Assembly (NCBI GenBank): GCA_963793265.1
Contig: CAWBZI010000002.1
Coordinates: forward strand, 704,001-768,000
DNA length: 64,000 bases
From: an uncultured cyanobacterium
GTDB taxonomy: Bacteria > Cyanobacteriota > Cyanobacteriia > Phormidesmidales > Phormidesmidaceae
Direction of reading: 5' to 3'
The number at the start of each line of letters is the position of its first letter. Position 1 is the stretch's first letter. The position numbers were made by a program, and so were the translations under genes. A model generated the notes under the pieces. That model was not told where the DNA came from, ran no database searches, and saw only the letters and a list, made by a program, of their open reading frames with translations. Below, piece after piece: positions 29,106 to 38,649 of this stretch.

Positions 29106-29147
29106 AGCTTCCTCGTTTCGCTTCTACAGATATTTTACCCTAAAATC

Positions 29148-29166
29148 TTACTAAACGGTGTAGTAA
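29148..29166. promoter_or_regulatory. Putative TetR operator
   Basis: TTACTA-AACGGTG-TAGTAA palindrome between divergent devB and tetR. Confidence 0.65.
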
Positions 29167-29220
29167 AATCAATTATTTCGTAAGGTAGACTAGAGTCGCT
29201 GCTAAAGGCTTTATGAATCC

Positions 29221-29829
29221 GTGCCCAAATCTGTTAAACACAATCCCGAGAAGGTCAGAGCCATATTAGGCGGAGCCCTTGAAGTATTTACAACTCACGG
29301 CTACGCAGCAGCGAGTATGGATCGCATTGCAGCCGTAGCAGGCGTTTCTAAGCCAACGGTGTACAGCTATTTTCAAGACAAAGAAGGCTTGTTTGTCGCC
29401 CTTATTCGGCAACTCACCCAAAAAGCCGATCAGACGCTTGAGACATTGCAGTCGGGCGATATCTCACAGATGCCGCCAGAGATAGGACTGCGCAAGCTAG
29501 CGATGACGGTCACTGAAGAGTTCACCAGCAATCAGACAATACCGACGCTGCTACGGCTAATGATTGGTGAGTCAGGGCGATTTCCGAAGCTCGCTCAAAC
29601 ATTCGTGCGTGAAGTGCAAAAGCCACTTTTAGAGAGACTTCAGCTATATTTTGCGGCTCAACCACAGCTCAATCTATCTGATCCAGAGATCACTGCTAGA
29701 ATTTTTACAGGCTCAATAATGCACTATTTGATTGTGCAAGAAGTGATGCACGGCAAAGATATTCTGCCTTTAGAACGCGATCGGATGGTGGATGGATTAG
29801 TCAGTCAGATTATGGCTGGGAGTCGATAG
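29221..29829 (+). CDS. TetR/AcrR family transcriptional regulator
   Basis: GYAAASMDRIAAVAGVSKPTVYSYFQDKEGLF helix-turn-helix. Confidence 0.95.
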   Translation: MPKSVKHNPEKVRAILGGALEVFTTHGYAAASMDRIAAVAGVSKPTVYSYFQDKEGLFVALIRQLTQKADQTLETLQSGDISQMPPEIGLRKLAMTVTEEFTSNQTIPTLLRLMIGESGRFPKLAQTFVREVQKPLLERLQLYFAAQPQLNLSDPEITARIFTGSIMHYLIVQEVMHGKDILPLERDRMVDGLVSQIMAGSR

Positions 29830-30580
29830 CTGCTGTTTTTATAAGTTCTGATAGGGTGGTGACTTCGTAGCCTCTGGCTTTGAGCACAGGTAGGATTTTG
29901 TTGAGTGTGTCAACGGTGCGGGGGCCGCGATCGCCCCCATCGTGCAGCACAATAATATCGCCGGGCTGTACTGTATTTAGAATGAACGCACTGGCAAAAC
30001 GTGAGGACAGCACGTGCGTATCGTAGGGAAACACGCTGCCTAGCACAACTTGATAGCCGTGTTTTTGAGCCGTTTGTACCATATCGGTATTGTAAAAACC
30101 CATACCTGGACGCAGCCATCGTAACGGCGCAGTCTCAGGAAGATAAGGTTGCCAGGTCTGCTCAGCCGCTAGTAAGTCTGCCTCAAAATCGTCAGGTGAT
30201 AGGCGAATGCTGGGTTCGTCTGCTGTGAAGTGATTGCCCAGTTCATGACCAGCGGCAACGGCATTAGAGACAATGGCTTCATTGCCGGGTAGATGGCCGC
30301 TAATATTGAAGAAAGTAGCCTTAGCGTCGTAGCGGTCGAGCACCAACAAAATATCAGCCGTCGCTATACTTGGCCCGTCGTCAATAGTCAGTGCAACAAC
30401 AGGAGTAGCCCCATCGGGAAGATCTATTGCATAAAGTGCACCGGGCATAACGTAGTTTGCAATGCGAAAAGCCCAGCGTGGCTGAGTGACGAGCCAACTC
30501 GTACCGGCTAGTAATAAGACAAAAGCCAGTGCGTATCGCCGCCGTTTTTGTGAACGTTTCAAACGTTTCAAAGTCTTCAT
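29810..30580 (-). CDS. Polysaccharide deacetylase (NodB family)
   Basis: ALTIDDGP, HELGNH and IIVLHDG motifs; N-terminal TM anchor. Confidence 0.9.
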   Translation of the reverse strand: MKTLKRLKRSQKRRRYALAFVLLLAGTSWLVTQPRWAFRIANYVMPGALYAIDLPDGATPVVALTIDDGPSIATADILLVLDRYDAKATFFNISGHLPGNEAIVSNAVAAGHELGNHFTADEPSIRLSPDDFEADLLAAEQTWQPYLPETAPLRWLRPGMGFYNTDMVQTAQKHGYQVVLGSVFPYDTHVLSSRFASAFILNTVQPGDIIVLHDGGDRGPRTVDTLNKILPVLKARGYEVTTLSELIKTAAIDSQP

Positions 30581-30676
30581 AAGACTATTCTACGCCGTTC
30601 AATATGAATAACAGGCTCACATCGCGGGAATATGCAACAATACTGAGGGCAAAATTGCGAAAAGGAACTGTTAACT

Positions 30677-31624
30677 ATGGCGTCTCCCTCTGGTGTTAGC
30701 GTAAAAGCTGTACAGGCAATCGGGCTCACTGTCTCGGATGCTGGTCAAGCGACTGACTTTTTTACAGGTGCGTTTGATTTTGAGGTCACGGCTGATGCTG
30801 TCCTCAGCGGCGATGAGGCCAGCTATCTCTACGGCGTTCCAGACGCGCAGGTGCGGATTGTGTCGCTGAAGCTAGGCGATGAAACGATTCGCCTGATGGA
30901 CTTTTTGAATACTGAGAGCAAAGCCGTCCCTGCCGATAGCAAAAGCAACGATCTGTGGTTTCAACACTTTGCCATTATCGTTAGCGATATGGATAAAGCC
31001 TACGCCCAGCTTCAAAAGTTCTCTTTCACGCCGATCTCTCCTGAGCCGCAAACGCTGCCTAATGACATTCGCGCCTTTAAGTTTAGAGATGATGACGGCC
31101 ACGCGCTAGAGCTATTGCAGTTTCCTGCGGGCCTCGGCCCTGACCACTGGCAAGACAAAAGCAAGCTGTTTTTAGGCATAGACCACTCGGCAATTTCAAT
31201 TTCTAGCACTGAGCGCAGCCTGGGGCTATATCGCGACCTGCTAGGTCTTAGCCACGAGGGCAGCTTTACGAATATTGGTATCAAACAAGAGACGATGGAT
31301 AATCTCTTTAGTGCCAAAGTGATTGTGACCTCTCTTTCGCCTGCAACAGGAAGACTGGGCGTGGAGTTTTTGGACTATCTGACGCCGCCTGGAGCAAGAC
31401 CCTTCCCGATAGATCAACAGACGAGTGATTTGGTGCATATGCACTTCGAGCTAGTCGTAGAAGATATTGACGCGGCTGTAGAAGCCTTGGAAGAAGCGCC
31501 CGGTGCGCTCTGTATTCAGTTTGTTTCGCCTAAGGTGATTGATTTGCCCGATGTGCTGCCGTTTAAGCGGGCGGCGATGTGGCGTGGGCCGGATGGACAC
31601 AATGTATTGCTGGTTGAAAATTAG
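30677..31624 (+). CDS. Two-domain VOC/glyoxalase family protein
   Basis: DLWFQHFAIIVSD, FRDDDGHALEL, GIDHSAI and GPDGH motifs. Confidence 0.88.
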   Translation: MASPSGVSVKAVQAIGLTVSDAGQATDFFTGAFDFEVTADAVLSGDEASYLYGVPDAQVRIVSLKLGDETIRLMDFLNTESKAVPADSKSNDLWFQHFAIIVSDMDKAYAQLQKFSFTPISPEPQTLPNDIRAFKFRDDDGHALELLQFPAGLGPDHWQDKSKLFLGIDHSAISISSTERSLGLYRDLLGLSHEGSFTNIGIKQETMDNLFSAKVIVTSLSPATGRLGVEFLDYLTPPGARPFPIDQQTSDLVHMHFELVVEDIDAAVEALEEAPGALCIQFVSPKVIDLPDVLPFKRAAMWRGPDGHNVLLVEN

Positions 31625-31662
31625 GGACTAAAAATTTAGGGATTGAAAACTTAAGGAGCAGT

Positions 31663-32169
31663 TTGTTGAATACGAGTTTGTTAGATACGGTAAGTACATT
31701 TTTGTCGGCGCTATATCCTGATTTTGTTACGGGAACTCAGGGCTACACGATGCTGATTTTCCGTTCGGTGATTGGGCTGTTGTTTGTTTTGCACGGGTTG
31801 CCAAAGCTCAAAAACCTCAAAACGTGGTCAGAAGCGCTCGGAGCCCCATTGCCCTTATGCTTCTTGTCGGCTGGGTTTATGGAGGTCGGTGGAGTCGGGC
31901 TTATCTTAGGGCTTTTAACGCCCCTGGCAAGCGCTTCCATTCTGGTTTCTATGCTATACGCACTGTTTCTAGAGCTGATTAGTGGAGATCCGCTGATTGC
32001 CCCAGATCCTTACGAACTGGGAGATTTTTACGAGGGGCCTGACGGGCGCAAAGGCGAGCCGCCTAGTTTGGAAAAAGCTTTAGTGTTTAGCCTGATGTTG
32101 ACGCTGATTATTGTGTTTGGGCCAGGGGCTTATTCACTGGATGCTTTGCTGTTGGGCAGTACGCTGTAA
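31663..32169 (+). CDS. DoxX family membrane protein
   Basis: R...G..FVLHG.PK, E..GG..L.LGL.T and GPGAYSLD motifs. Confidence 0.88.
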   Translation: MLNTSLLDTVSTFLSALYPDFVTGTQGYTMLIFRSVIGLLFVLHGLPKLKNLKTWSEALGAPLPLCFLSAGFMEVGGVGLILGLLTPLASASILVSMLYALFLELISGDPLIAPDPYELGDFYEGPDGRKGEPPSLEKALVFSLMLTLIIVFGPGAYSLDALLLGSTL

Positions 32170-32226
32170 GTCTTTATACATCGTAAGTTGTTGTTCGCCT
32201 TTTAGATTACGACAGCTCAAAAATAC

Positions 32227-32270
32227 TCCGGCTTTGAAGTGTGATGATCCGTTTCAAAGCCGGATTTTTC
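32227..32270 (+). terminator. Rho-independent terminator-like hairpin
   Basis: TCCGGCTTTGAA...TTCAAAGCCGGA followed by TTTTT. Confidence 0.7.
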
Positions 32271-32343
32271 ATTGCTTTATATGTCTATAGATAGCCTCTA
32301 GAAACAGGCTCGTTTGATATTGTAAGGACGCTATAAACCAAAT

Positions 32344-34308
32344 TTGGCCACAGGCTATTCAAAAACAGCGAAGACTATGAAAATTGGGGCACGTCTGACT
32401 GAGGATAACGGCGAGAAAGTCTGTAAGTTTACCGTGTGGGCACCGCTACTTGAAGAGGTTGCCGTTGAGATTGTCCGTACGCCGTCTGAAGCAAAATCAG
32501 GATCTGATCTACTGCCGATGATCAAGGGCGATCGCGGCTACTGGCAGGCGATCGCACCCAATATCCCCGCTGGCACCCAATACCGCTACCAGCTAGAAGG
32601 CGCTGACTCATGGCCCGATCCTGCCGCCGACTACCAGCCCGAAGGCGTTCACGGCCCCTCTGAAGTGATTGACCACAGCGCGTTTGAGTGGAGCGATCAC
32701 ACCTGGCAAGGCATCCCCCTCAACGACTACATCATCTACGAACTGCACGTTGGCACCTTTACAGACGAAGGTACCTTTGAAAGTGCGATCGCCCGTCTGC
32801 CCTACTTAGTTGAGCTTGGCATTACCGCCGTGGAGATCATGCCGGTTGCTCAGTTTCCAGGCGATCGCAACTGGGGCTATGACGGCGTATTTCCCTTCGC
32901 CGTACAAAACTCATACGGTGGCCCTAATGGACTCAAGCAGCTTGTAAACGCCTGCCACGCGCATGGTTTAGCCGTTGTGCTAGACGTGGTGTACAACCAC
33001 TTCGGCCCCGAAGGCAACTACACCGGCAAGTACGGCCCCTATACCACTGACCGCTACCGCACGCCCTGGGGCAACGCCATCAACTTTGACGATGCCGAAT
33101 CTGGTGGCGTCCGCAACTACTTCATTCAAAACGCGCTGAACTGGCTAGACGACTATCACGTAGACGCCCTTAGACTCGACGCGGTACACGCTATTTACGA
33201 CTTCGGAGCCGAACATTTCTTACAGGCACTCTCTGAAGCCGTTGATGAGCTTGAAAGCACCCAGTCTCGTCCGCTGTACCTGATTGCTGAGAGCGATCTT
33301 AACGATCCCCGGCTCATTCGCAGCACCAGTAAAGGCGGCTACCAGCTAGACGCGCAATGGAGCGATGACTTTCACCATGCCCTCCACTCGCGACTAACGG
33401 ACGAAAAGATCGGCTACTACAGCGACTTCACAAATTTAGAAACGCTCGCTTTCGCTATTCGCAACCGCTTTGTTTACGCCGGACAATACTCACCCTTTCG
33501 TCGCCGTGACCACGGTGGCCCGGCCTTAGATTTGCCCTCAGAAAGGTTCGTAGTGTGCAGCCAAAACCACGATCAGGTAGGCAACCGGATGATGGGCGAT
33601 CGCTTCTCTACCCTGATTTCCTTTGAAGCCCAAAAAATTGCCGCTGCCACCACGATTCTTTCTCCCTACCTGCCGCTTCTCTTTATGGGCGAAGAATATG
33701 GTGAAAACGCACCGTTCCTATACTTTGTAGACCACGGCGAGCCTGATCTTATCGCCGCCGTTCGTGCGGGCAGAAAAGAAGAATTTAAAGACTTTCATGG
33801 CGAAGGCACACCGCCTGATCCAGCGGGCCTAGAAACCCTTGAGAAGTCCACGCTTAACTGGCCTACAGACAAGGACGCGGCCCAAGGTGCAACCTATGCC
33901 TCAGATTGGAAGCCTGAAAAAGGCAATACCCCTGCGCAGCAAATGAAGCTCTTGAAGTTTTACAAGCAGCTAATTAAGGTGCGTAAAGCGTGCAAAATCA
34001 TGAACACCTCTACCGCTTCAGACATCATTACCCAACACACCAACGACCTCCTTTACTACCGCCGCACCCGCCCTGATCCTGGCACGGGCGATTTGCTATT
34101 CATTATCAACTTTGGCGAGCAACCTCACAAAATTGGACTACCCTTAGGCAAACAAACTTGGAGACAAAAAATCAGCTCTTTGAGCACTGAATGGTCTACC
34201 GAAGCGGATAAAACAACTGAACTGCTCCCTGAAGTGCTCACTGCCGAAAGCACCCCTAATACATCTGTGCCCGCGATGAGTTTTGCACTCTACCAGTCAG
34301 ATATCTGA
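32344..34308 (+). CDS. treZ: Malto-oligosyltrehalose trehalohydrolase
   Basis: FTVWAP, YELHVGTF, NWGYDG, LRLDAVHAI, IAESD and QNHDQVGNR motifs; likely start ATG at 32377. Confidence 0.95.
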   Translation: MATGYSKTAKTMKIGARLTEDNGEKVCKFTVWAPLLEEVAVEIVRTPSEAKSGSDLLPMIKGDRGYWQAIAPNIPAGTQYRYQLEGADSWPDPAADYQPEGVHGPSEVIDHSAFEWSDHTWQGIPLNDYIIYELHVGTFTDEGTFESAIARLPYLVELGITAVEIMPVAQFPGDRNWGYDGVFPFAVQNSYGGPNGLKQLVNACHAHGLAVVLDVVYNHFGPEGNYTGKYGPYTTDRYRTPWGNAINFDDAESGGVRNYFIQNALNWLDDYHVDALRLDAVHAIYDFGAEHFLQALSEAVDELESTQSRPLYLIAESDLNDPRLIRSTSKGGYQLDAQWSDDFHHALHSRLTDEKIGYYSDFTNLETLAFAIRNRFVYAGQYSPFRRRDHGGPALDLPSERFVVCSQNHDQVGNRMMGDRFSTLISFEAQKIAAATTILSPYLPLLFMGEEYGENAPFLYFVDHGEPDLIAAVRAGRKEEFKDFHGEGTPPDPAGLETLEKSTLNWPTDKDAAQGATYASDWKPEKGNTPAQQMKLLKFYKQLIKVRKACKIMNTSTASDIITQHTNDLLYYRRTRPDPGTGDLLFIINFGEQPHKIGLPLGKQTWRQKISSLSTEWSTEADKTTELLPEVLTAESTPNTSVPAMSFALYQSDI

Positions 34309-34366
34309 TGCACAACTGTCCTGTCGCCTAGCCCATAACTAGATCCTCTTCTAAAGCGCCTTTCCT

Positions 34367-37180
34367 ATGCGAACTCCTGTTGCTACCTACCGCCTACAGT
34401 TCACGCCCGAATTCGGCTTTAGTAAAGCCAAAGAGATTGTTGAGTATCTCGATCAGCTCGGCATCTCAGACGTGTATGCCTCGCCTATCTTCAAAGCCCG
34501 TAGCGGCTCGCAGCACGGCTACGATGTTGTTGACCAAAATCAAATAAATCCTGAGCTAGGCGGCAGAGAAGGGTTTGATATTCTGGTTGAAGAGCTTCAG
34601 GAGCGCGGCATGGGCTGGCTGCAAGATATCGTACCCAATCATATGGCTTACGATGGCGAAAACCAGTACCTTATGGACGTGCTAGAGCACGGGCCAGAAT
34701 CGCAATATGTAGACTACTTTGATATCGAATGGGAGCATTCTTACGATGACATTCAGGGCAAGGTGCTCGCGCCTATGCTGGGAGACTTTTACGACCGATG
34801 CTTAGAACGGGGCGAGATTCAGCTTAGCTATGGAGAAGATGGCCTCAAGGTTAACTACTATGCCTTACAGTTTCCGGTAAGGGTGGAATCATATGCAAGC
34901 TTTTTGGTGCATGAGATATCGTGGCTGCGTCGGCAAATGGGCAGGCAGCATCCTGACTACATCAAGCTAGTCGGCATTTTAAACACAATTAAAAACACGT
35001 TTCCAGCGTTGCAGGGTCAGGCTCGTAGCGATCAGGCTACCTTTGTAAAACAACTTTTGTGGGATCTCTACGAGTCTAATAATGAGGTTAAGACTTTCGT
35101 TGCTCAAAACATCGAAACCTTTAACGGTCAGCCTGGTCAGCCAACAAGCTTTGATTTGCTTGACAAGCTGCTGCTAGAACAGTTTTATCGGCTCTCCTTT
35201 TGGAAGGTAGGCGCTGAAGAACTCAACTATCGCCGGTTCTTTACGGTGAACGAACTGATTTGCCTGAAGGTAGATAATCCTAAAGTATTCGATCAAACCC
35301 ATGCGCTCGTGCAGGAGCTAGTCAGGGCTAAACAGATCAACGGCCTGCGCATCGATCATATTGACGGGCTCTACGATCCGCTGAAGTATTTGCAGCGGCT
35401 AAATGAAAAGATGAATGGTGTGTACACCGTTATCGAAAAGATTTTGGAGCATGACGAGCAACTGCCTGCGCACTGGCCCGTACAGGGCACCTCTGGCTAC
35501 GAGTTTTTGAACTATGTGAACGGGGTGTTTTATCAGCAGCAAAACCAAAAGCACTTTACGCGCTTTTATAAGCAGTTCAGCGGCGTGCGCGATAGCTACG
35601 AACGGCTTTTTATTGAGAAAAAGCAGCTTATTGCAGATACTAACTTAGTCGGTGATATTGATAATCTTGCACGCTTTTTGAAGAAGGTTGCTAGCCAGTA
35701 TCGCTATGGCCGAGATCTTACGGCGAACGGCCTAAAAACGGCGATCAAAGAAGTGCTCGTCTCTTTTCCTATCTACTGCACCTATATTGATCAGCGGGGC
35801 GGTACAGAGCGAGATCTTAAGTATATTCAGACAGCGATCGCACGAGCCAGGAAACGCATTCCTCAGCTATTGAACGAGCTAGAGCTGATTGAGAAATTCT
35901 TGATGCTTGAGTTTGAAGACTCTTTGCCCGCAGACGAGCGAGCCCAATGGCTTCATTTCGTTATGCGCCTGCAGCAGTTTACCGGCCCGCTGATGGCAAA
36001 AGGACTAGAAGACACCTTGTTTTACGTCTACAACAGATTTATTGGCCTCAATGACGTAGGCGGCGCGCCCGAACACTTCGGCATCGCTCTTAAAGAGTTT
36101 CATCAATACAATCAGTATCAGCAGCAGCACTGGCCAAACGCGCTCAATGCCACCTCTACTCATGACACCAAACGCAGCGAAGACGTCAGGTCGCGCCTTA
36201 GCATCATCTCCGAACTTCCTGACGAATGGGAGAGCGAAGTCAAAGCCTGGAGCGAACTCAATGCCAACAAAAAACAAATCATTCACGATCAGCCCGTTCC
36301 TGAACCAAATGACGAATACTTTTTGTATCAAACCTTAGTGGGCGCGTATCCCTTTAGCGAAAAGGAACTCCCCGAATTTAGAGAGCGTGTAAAAGACTAC
36401 GTAGTTAAAGCCGTCCGTGAAGCCAAAGTGCACACCGCCTGGCTGCGGCCCGATGAAGACTACGAGAATGGCTACGTTCATTTTGTTGAAACTATTCTCA
36501 CGCCTAGCAAAGACAATATCTTTCTTGAAAAGCTTCAGCACTTTCAGTCTAGAGTGGCCGAATACGGCATGTATAACGCACTCTCCCAGCTACTTATCAA
36601 GCTCACAGTGCCCGGCGTACCCGACTTTTACCAGGGCACCGAGCTTTGGGACTTGAGCCTGGTCGATCCTGATAACCGCCGTCCGGTTGACTATTCAAAG
36701 CGCCTTAGCGCCCTGCAAGATATTGACACCCGCTGGAAAAAGCAGCCTGCTACGCTGATTAAAAACTTACTCAAAAACAGGACTGACGGCAGCATCAAGC
36801 TGTTTCTAACGATGAGAGGGCTGGCCGCTCGAAACTACTTCCGCAACGTATTTAGAAGTGGCACCTACCATCCGCTGACCGTCACAGGAGAAAAAGCCGA
36901 TCACATTATCGCCTTTGCTCGGCACAAAGGAGAGCACACTGTTATCACCGTCGTGCCCAGATTTTTGACGAACTTGGTAGAGCCCGGCACCGTTCCAATC
37001 GGCGCAGATGTATGGGGCAATACGGCCATAGAACTACCCGCAGGCGCTCAGGCAAAATGGCAAAACTGGCTGACTGGCGAAGCCGTTGATATTACAGATA
37101 ATCCGAAAGTTGGAGATTTGTTTAAGCAGCTTCCGCTGGCCCTACTGGTTAGTGAAGATCATAGTTTGAACGTGTCTTAG
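34367..37180 (+). CDS. treY: Malto-oligosyltrehalose synthase
   Basis: PVATYRLQF, GSQHGYDV, DIVPNHM, NYRRFF, LRIDHIDGL and STHDTKRSED motifs. Confidence 0.97.
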   Translation: MRTPVATYRLQFTPEFGFSKAKEIVEYLDQLGISDVYASPIFKARSGSQHGYDVVDQNQINPELGGREGFDILVEELQERGMGWLQDIVPNHMAYDGENQYLMDVLEHGPESQYVDYFDIEWEHSYDDIQGKVLAPMLGDFYDRCLERGEIQLSYGEDGLKVNYYALQFPVRVESYASFLVHEISWLRRQMGRQHPDYIKLVGILNTIKNTFPALQGQARSDQATFVKQLLWDLYESNNEVKTFVAQNIETFNGQPGQPTSFDLLDKLLLEQFYRLSFWKVGAEELNYRRFFTVNELICLKVDNPKVFDQTHALVQELVRAKQINGLRIDHIDGLYDPLKYLQRLNEKMNGVYTVIEKILEHDEQLPAHWPVQGTSGYEFLNYVNGVFYQQQNQKHFTRFYKQFSGVRDSYERLFIEKKQLIADTNLVGDIDNLARFLKKVASQYRYGRDLTANGLKTAIKEVLVSFPIYCTYIDQRGGTERDLKYIQTAIARARKRIPQLLNELELIEKFLMLEFEDSLPADERAQWLHFVMRLQQFTGPLMAKGLEDTLFYVYNRFIGLNDVGGAPEHFGIALKEFHQYNQYQQQHWPNALNATSTHDTKRSEDVRSRLSIISELPDEWESEVKAWSELNANKKQIIHDQPVPEPNDEYFLYQTLVGAYPFSEKELPEFRERVKDYVVKAVREAKVHTAWLRPDEDYENGYVHFVETILTPSKDNIFLEKLQHFQSRVAEYGMYNALSQLLIKLTVPGVPDFYQGTELWDLSLVDPDNRRPVDYSKRLSALQDIDTRWKKQPATLIKNLLKNRTDGSIKLFLTMRGLAARNYFRNVFRSGTYHPLTVTGEKADHIIAFARHKGEHTVITVVPRFLTNLVEPGTVPIGADVWGNTAIELPAGAQAKWQNWLTGEAVDITDNPKVGDLFKQLPLALLVSEDHSLNVS

Positions 37181-37297
37181 AATTGAGCGTATCTCAGAAG
37201 GCAGCCAGCGAATTCTTAATTCGTGCTTTAGCAGGATACGTCTACGTACGTGAATACGCTAGGATCAAACGAATGCATTCAAAAGGACGATTGTTTC

Positions 37298-37747
37298 ATG
37301 GTAGATAAGGTCATAAAAACGGATGAAGAGTGGAAGGAGCAGCTTACGCCTGAAGCCTATCAGGTAACTCGCAAAGCGGGCACCGAACGTGCCTTCACCA
37401 GCCCACTCAATAACAATAAGAGTGAGGGCATCTACCGTTGCGTTTGCTGCAACTCTGAGCTGTTTGACTCTAGCACCAAGTTTGACTCAGGCACTGGCTG
37501 GCCTAGCTTCTATGCGCCAAGCGAGCCCGAAAACGTTCAGAATAAAAAAGACTTCAGCCACTTCATGATCCGCACAGAAACCGTTTGTGCGGTATGTGAT
37601 GCCCATCTGGGTCATGTCTTTAGCGATGGCCCTAAGCCTACTGGCAAGCGCTACTGCATGAACGGCGCGGCGCTTACCTTTGAAAAGGCCGATATCGACG
37701 GTGACGGACAAATCAGCGAAGGCAAAACAGCTCAAACGGCCAGCTAG
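37298..37747 (+). CDS. msrB: Peptide-methionine (R)-S-oxide reductase
   Basis: GTERAF, CxxC pairs, [20 protein letters not shown] and RYCMN motifs; ATG at 37298 follows an AGGA RBS. Confidence 0.96.
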   Translation: MVDKVIKTDEEWKEQLTPEAYQVTRKAGTERAFTSPLNNNKSEGIYRCVCCNSELFDSSTKFDSGTGWPSFYAPSEPENVQNKKDFSHFMIRTETVCAVCDAHLGHVFSDGPKPTGKRYCMNGAALTFEKADIDGDGQISEGKTAQTAS

Positions 37748-37750
37748 TCA

Positions 37751-38593
37751 ATGCGGCTGCATACCGAAGTTAAAGGAAGCGGCTTTCCTATCTTGTGCCT
37801 GCACGGGCACCCAGGCAGTGGGAAAGCTATGAGCGTTTTTACAGAACCTTTGTCTGTAGGAACTGCTCAGCTTCCCTCGTTTAGAACAATAGCGCCTGAC
37901 CTTCGAGGCTACGGGCTGAGTAAAACGGCCTATCCTTTCGAGATGAAAAGCCATCTCGACGATTTAACAGAACTCATTGCCCACTACAACATCGAAAAAT
38001 GTGTGGTGCTGGGCTGGTCGCTGGGTGGCATTTTAGCCATGGAGCTAGCGCTGCGAAGACCAGACGTTGTGCAGGGGCTCATATTGGTCGGTACGGCGGC
38101 AAGGCCCAAGGGCTCGCATCCGCCTATTACACTGCAAGACAATGTATTGACTGGTTTAGCAGGTGCGCTGAACTGGGCGCTGCCACGCTGGGAACCCGTG
38201 CAGAAACGGGTGAGAAAGCTGGGGCAAAAGTCTCTTTTCCGCTATCTCATTGGCCAGCATACGCCGCTGGCTTACCAGTATTTGGCTCAAGAAGGCGCAC
38301 CTGCCTATCTACGCACGAGCCGCTACGCCGATTCAGCGCTGTCCATGGCCATTCGTGCGGGCTATAACCGGGTACCGGACGTTAAAACGCTGGCTGTTCC
38401 AGCACTGATGCTTTGTGGAGAGTGCGATCGCCACATCACCGCCGAGTCCAGCCTAGAAACCGCCCGCGCCTTGCCCAACTGTGAAAGCCGCTGCTACCCT
38501 GACACTGCCCACCTTTTCCCCTGGGAAATTCCTAGCCAGGTAAACGCCGATATCAGCCATTGGCTAGTCGCTCACGCCGACATTTGGCAATAA
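37751..38593 (+). CDS. Alpha/beta fold hydrolase
   Basis: LHGHPG, PDLRGYG, GWSLGG nucleophile elbow, AHLFPWE. Confidence 0.9.
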   Translation: MRLHTEVKGSGFPILCLHGHPGSGKAMSVFTEPLSVGTAQLPSFRTIAPDLRGYGLSKTAYPFEMKSHLDDLTELIAHYNIEKCVVLGWSLGGILAMELALRRPDVVQGLILVGTAARPKGSHPPITLQDNVLTGLAGALNWALPRWEPVQKRVRKLGQKSLFRYLIGQHTPLAYQYLAQEGAPAYLRTSRYADSALSMAIRAGYNRVPDVKTLAVPALMLCGECDRHITAESSLETARALPNCESRCYPDTAHLFPWEIPSQVNADISHWLVAHADIWQ

Positions 38594-38649
38594 GTTAACA
38601 TCAAACATAAACTAGCTCCTACCCACTCACGCGCTAACGAATCAGCCCC

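Noticed and set aside
31617..31658. Degenerate AAAA(T)TTAGGGA repeats between VOC and DoxX genes
   Set aside because: Short and imperfect; likely ordinary intergenic slippage repeats
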